This document shows, one piece after another, positions 35,751 to 36,966 of a stretch of DNA of 36,966 bases. The DNA lies in contig CAZPZJ010000008.1 in assembly GCA_964591055.1 (NCBI GenBank), forward strand, positions 1 through 36,966, read 5' to 3'. The notes beneath the pieces were generated by a model. It had not been told where the DNA came from, made no database searches, and saw nothing but the letters and a program-made list of their open reading frames with translations. The translations under genes were made by a program, and so were the position numbers. Source of the DNA: an uncultured Leptospiraceae bacterium. GTDB taxonomy: Bacteria > Spirochaetota > UBA4802 > JAGODF01. The first letter of the stretch is position 1; every line of letters begins with the position of its first letter.

Positions 35751-36482
35751 CTACACATCTCCATAAGACAGCAGTTCCTTCGACTTGCCCAGTATGATCG
35801 TCATATCCGGATCGTTCTTCAGATTTTCGTTTGTTTCGATGACTCTTCCGGCGACAGCCGCTGTTTTCGCGGCGATGGCCGTTATGGAATCGAGGAAGCC
35901 GTCCGCGTCCGGACGTTTCTTCCCGGACCGCAGGCGAAGCGACTCACGGAGATGTTTTCTTTTTACTGCGTGCTCTACGGCGCTCATGAACATCTCCCGC
36001 GATATGATATCCTTGTTAAGATAGTTTACCGCGCCCATTTTCATGGCCCGCACCGCCGTTTCTTCACTTCCATTGCCCGTCAGTATTATCACTGATGTGT
36101 CTCTGAGGACATCCATGCGTTTGATCTTTTCAAATACCGCCAGGCCGTTCATGTCGGGGAGGTGATAATCCAGCAAAATACAATCCGGGACAATCGTGGT
36201 CACCGCCCGCAGGTCTTCTTCACCACTACCGGTTTCGGAAAGGACGAAATGCGGCGATGCATCACGCGTAAGATGGGACCTTATTATCCCACGGTACCCC
36301 GGGCGGTCATCCACAATGAGCACGCTGGTCATGTTCCCACTGTCCTCTCCCTCACTGTCGAGGTAATCGAAAAAGGGGTAGCCTGCTTTATGCATGGGCA
36401 TCTCGCATGAACCCTGGCAAATGACGCTCAGCTTGTTGAGCGTATCAGGCGACGGTTTTTTTTCCCGTTCTCGACCTTGCAT
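35751..36482 (-). CDS. single-domain (CheY-like) response regulator with an uncharacterised C-terminal tail
   Basis: REC domain (VLIVDDR, CILLDYHLPDMNG, VIILTGNGSEETAVRAMKMGAVNYLNK). The start is uncertain: ATG at 36482, ATG at 36395, or most conservatively ATG at 36332 (MTSVLIVDD), which has a GGGAGAGGA-containing upstream sequence. Confidence 0.7.
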   Translation of the reverse strand: MQGREREKKPSPDTLNKLSVICQGSCEMPMHKAGYPFFDYLDSEGEDSGNMTSVLIVDDRPGYRGIIRSHLTRDASPHFVLSETGSGEEDLRAVTTIVPDCILLDYHLPDMNGLAVFEKIKRMDVLRDTSVIILTGNGSEETAVRAMKMGAVNYLNKDIISREMFMSAVEHAVKRKHLRESLRLRSGKKRPDADGFLDSITAIAAKTAAVAGRVIETNENLKNDPDMTIILGKSKELLSYGDV

Positions 36483-36580
36483 CAATAGGCGTTTGAGATG
36501 CCGCTAATTTCTACAGCTTCCCTGATGGTGATTCCCCGATGTTCTCGGGCGACTTTAATGAAGAGTCCCAGCTCCTACAT
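36482..36580 (-). pseudogene. decayed XRE-type helix-turn-helix remnant at the 5' end of the REC gene
   Basis: The minus strand reads ATG-TAG-ELGLFIKVAREHRGITIREAVEISGISNAY-TGA. After a 1-nt shift it continues in the REC ORF frame as LMQGREREKKPSPDTLNKLSVICQ. Together these resemble an HTH_3 (XRE) domain. Confidence 0.3.
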
Positions 36581-36611
36581 GATTGATCCAATAATTGGTA
36601 TTACAAATAAT

Positions 36612-36629
36612 TGCTTGACGCATCAAGCA
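36612..36629. repeat. perfect 7-bp inverted repeat in the AT-rich terminal region
   Basis: TGCTTGA-CGCA-TCAAGCA. A third TCAAGCA copy lies at 36665-36671. Confidence 0.35.
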
Positions 36630-36966
36630 TCATGAGAATACTATACTTTCTTTTTATTGATGGGTCAAGCAAAAGTGGTCGGAATTTGATATTTTATTCA
36701 GTGTAATCTTATATGCTGATAAGTCAGTAATATGTAAACTTTTCGATTTTTTTTTAATAACAGCATTTTCCGCCAGTTGTAATGTGTCGTTAAAGACATT
36801 TTAACCTCGACGTTCCATTGTTATGAAAACAGACATGAGAATTTTACTTGCCATTCACATTCCTGTTTGTTTAATGCATGAGTTATTCCCTCTTTGTCTA
36901 ACCTATAGACATGGCCTTGCCCCGTTTTACAGGACAGCATATTAAGCAGCATTTTTACCGCCACCG

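Noticed and set aside
36821-36966. Minus-strand reading frame open from the right window edge (...KMLLNMLSCKTGQGHVYRLDKEGITHALNKQECEWQVKFSCLFS, stop at 36821-36823)
   Set aside because: Only about 48 codons are visible, with no recognisable family. In AT-rich DNA this cannot be supported as a gene from this window alone.
1-36966. CRISPR arrays, tRNA/rRNA genes, IS elements or integrases, phage genes, toxin-antitoxin pairs
   Set aside because: Reading both strands, I found no regularly spaced repeats, no tRNA-like cloverleaf segments, no transposase or integrase motifs and no terminal inverted repeats flanking the AT-rich island. Absence by eye is not proof; tRNAscan, ISfinder or CRISPR-finder would settle it.

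Overview
36.97-kb bacterial chromosomal window, transcribed almost entirely from the minus strand and dominated by signal transduction. I count 12 receiver (REC) domains, 6 kinase cores including CheA, and 3 HD-GYP-type domains. Composition is mosaic: single 60-nt lines give about 65-70% G+C in many genes, but about 40% in an island at roughly 10.8-15.4 kb, in the 5' parts of some sensor genes, and in the last 0.5 kb. Gene blocks, left to right: (1) 1-2935, a hybrid GAF-PAS histidine kinase that runs off the left edge and is missing from the ORF track, preceded by thiol peroxidase tpx. (2) 3143-6105, an iron-sulfur-flavoprotein-like gene, a second flavodoxin-like gene, a SAM methyltransferase and an exported hypothetical protein. 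(3) 6083-11151, an apparent operon orf121-ktrB-ktrA-kdpD(short)-kdpE with no kdpFABC. (4) An AT-rich island holding a 1099-aa CheB-CheR-PAS-histidine-kinase fusion and a frameshifted PAS remnant. (5) 15421-34519, an 11-gene, about 19-kb Wsp-like chemosensory operon (cheW, cheR-TPR, cheW, MCP, cheA-REC, cheB). It continues without a break into REC-PAS, a 1704-aa multi-PAS/GAF hybrid kinase, REC-HD-GYP, a REC-GAF-PAS kinase and a REC-degenerate-HD-GYP gene. This is the most interesting candidate system. (6) 34672-36580, a REC-HD-GYP gene interrupted by two in-frame TAA codons, and a REC gene with a decayed XRE-type HTH remnant at its 5' end. I found no rRNA, tRNA, CRISPR array or recognisable transposase. 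Many long plus-strand ORFs in the track are antisense artefacts of GC-rich minus-strand genes. All domain calls come from motif recognition by eye, with no database search.
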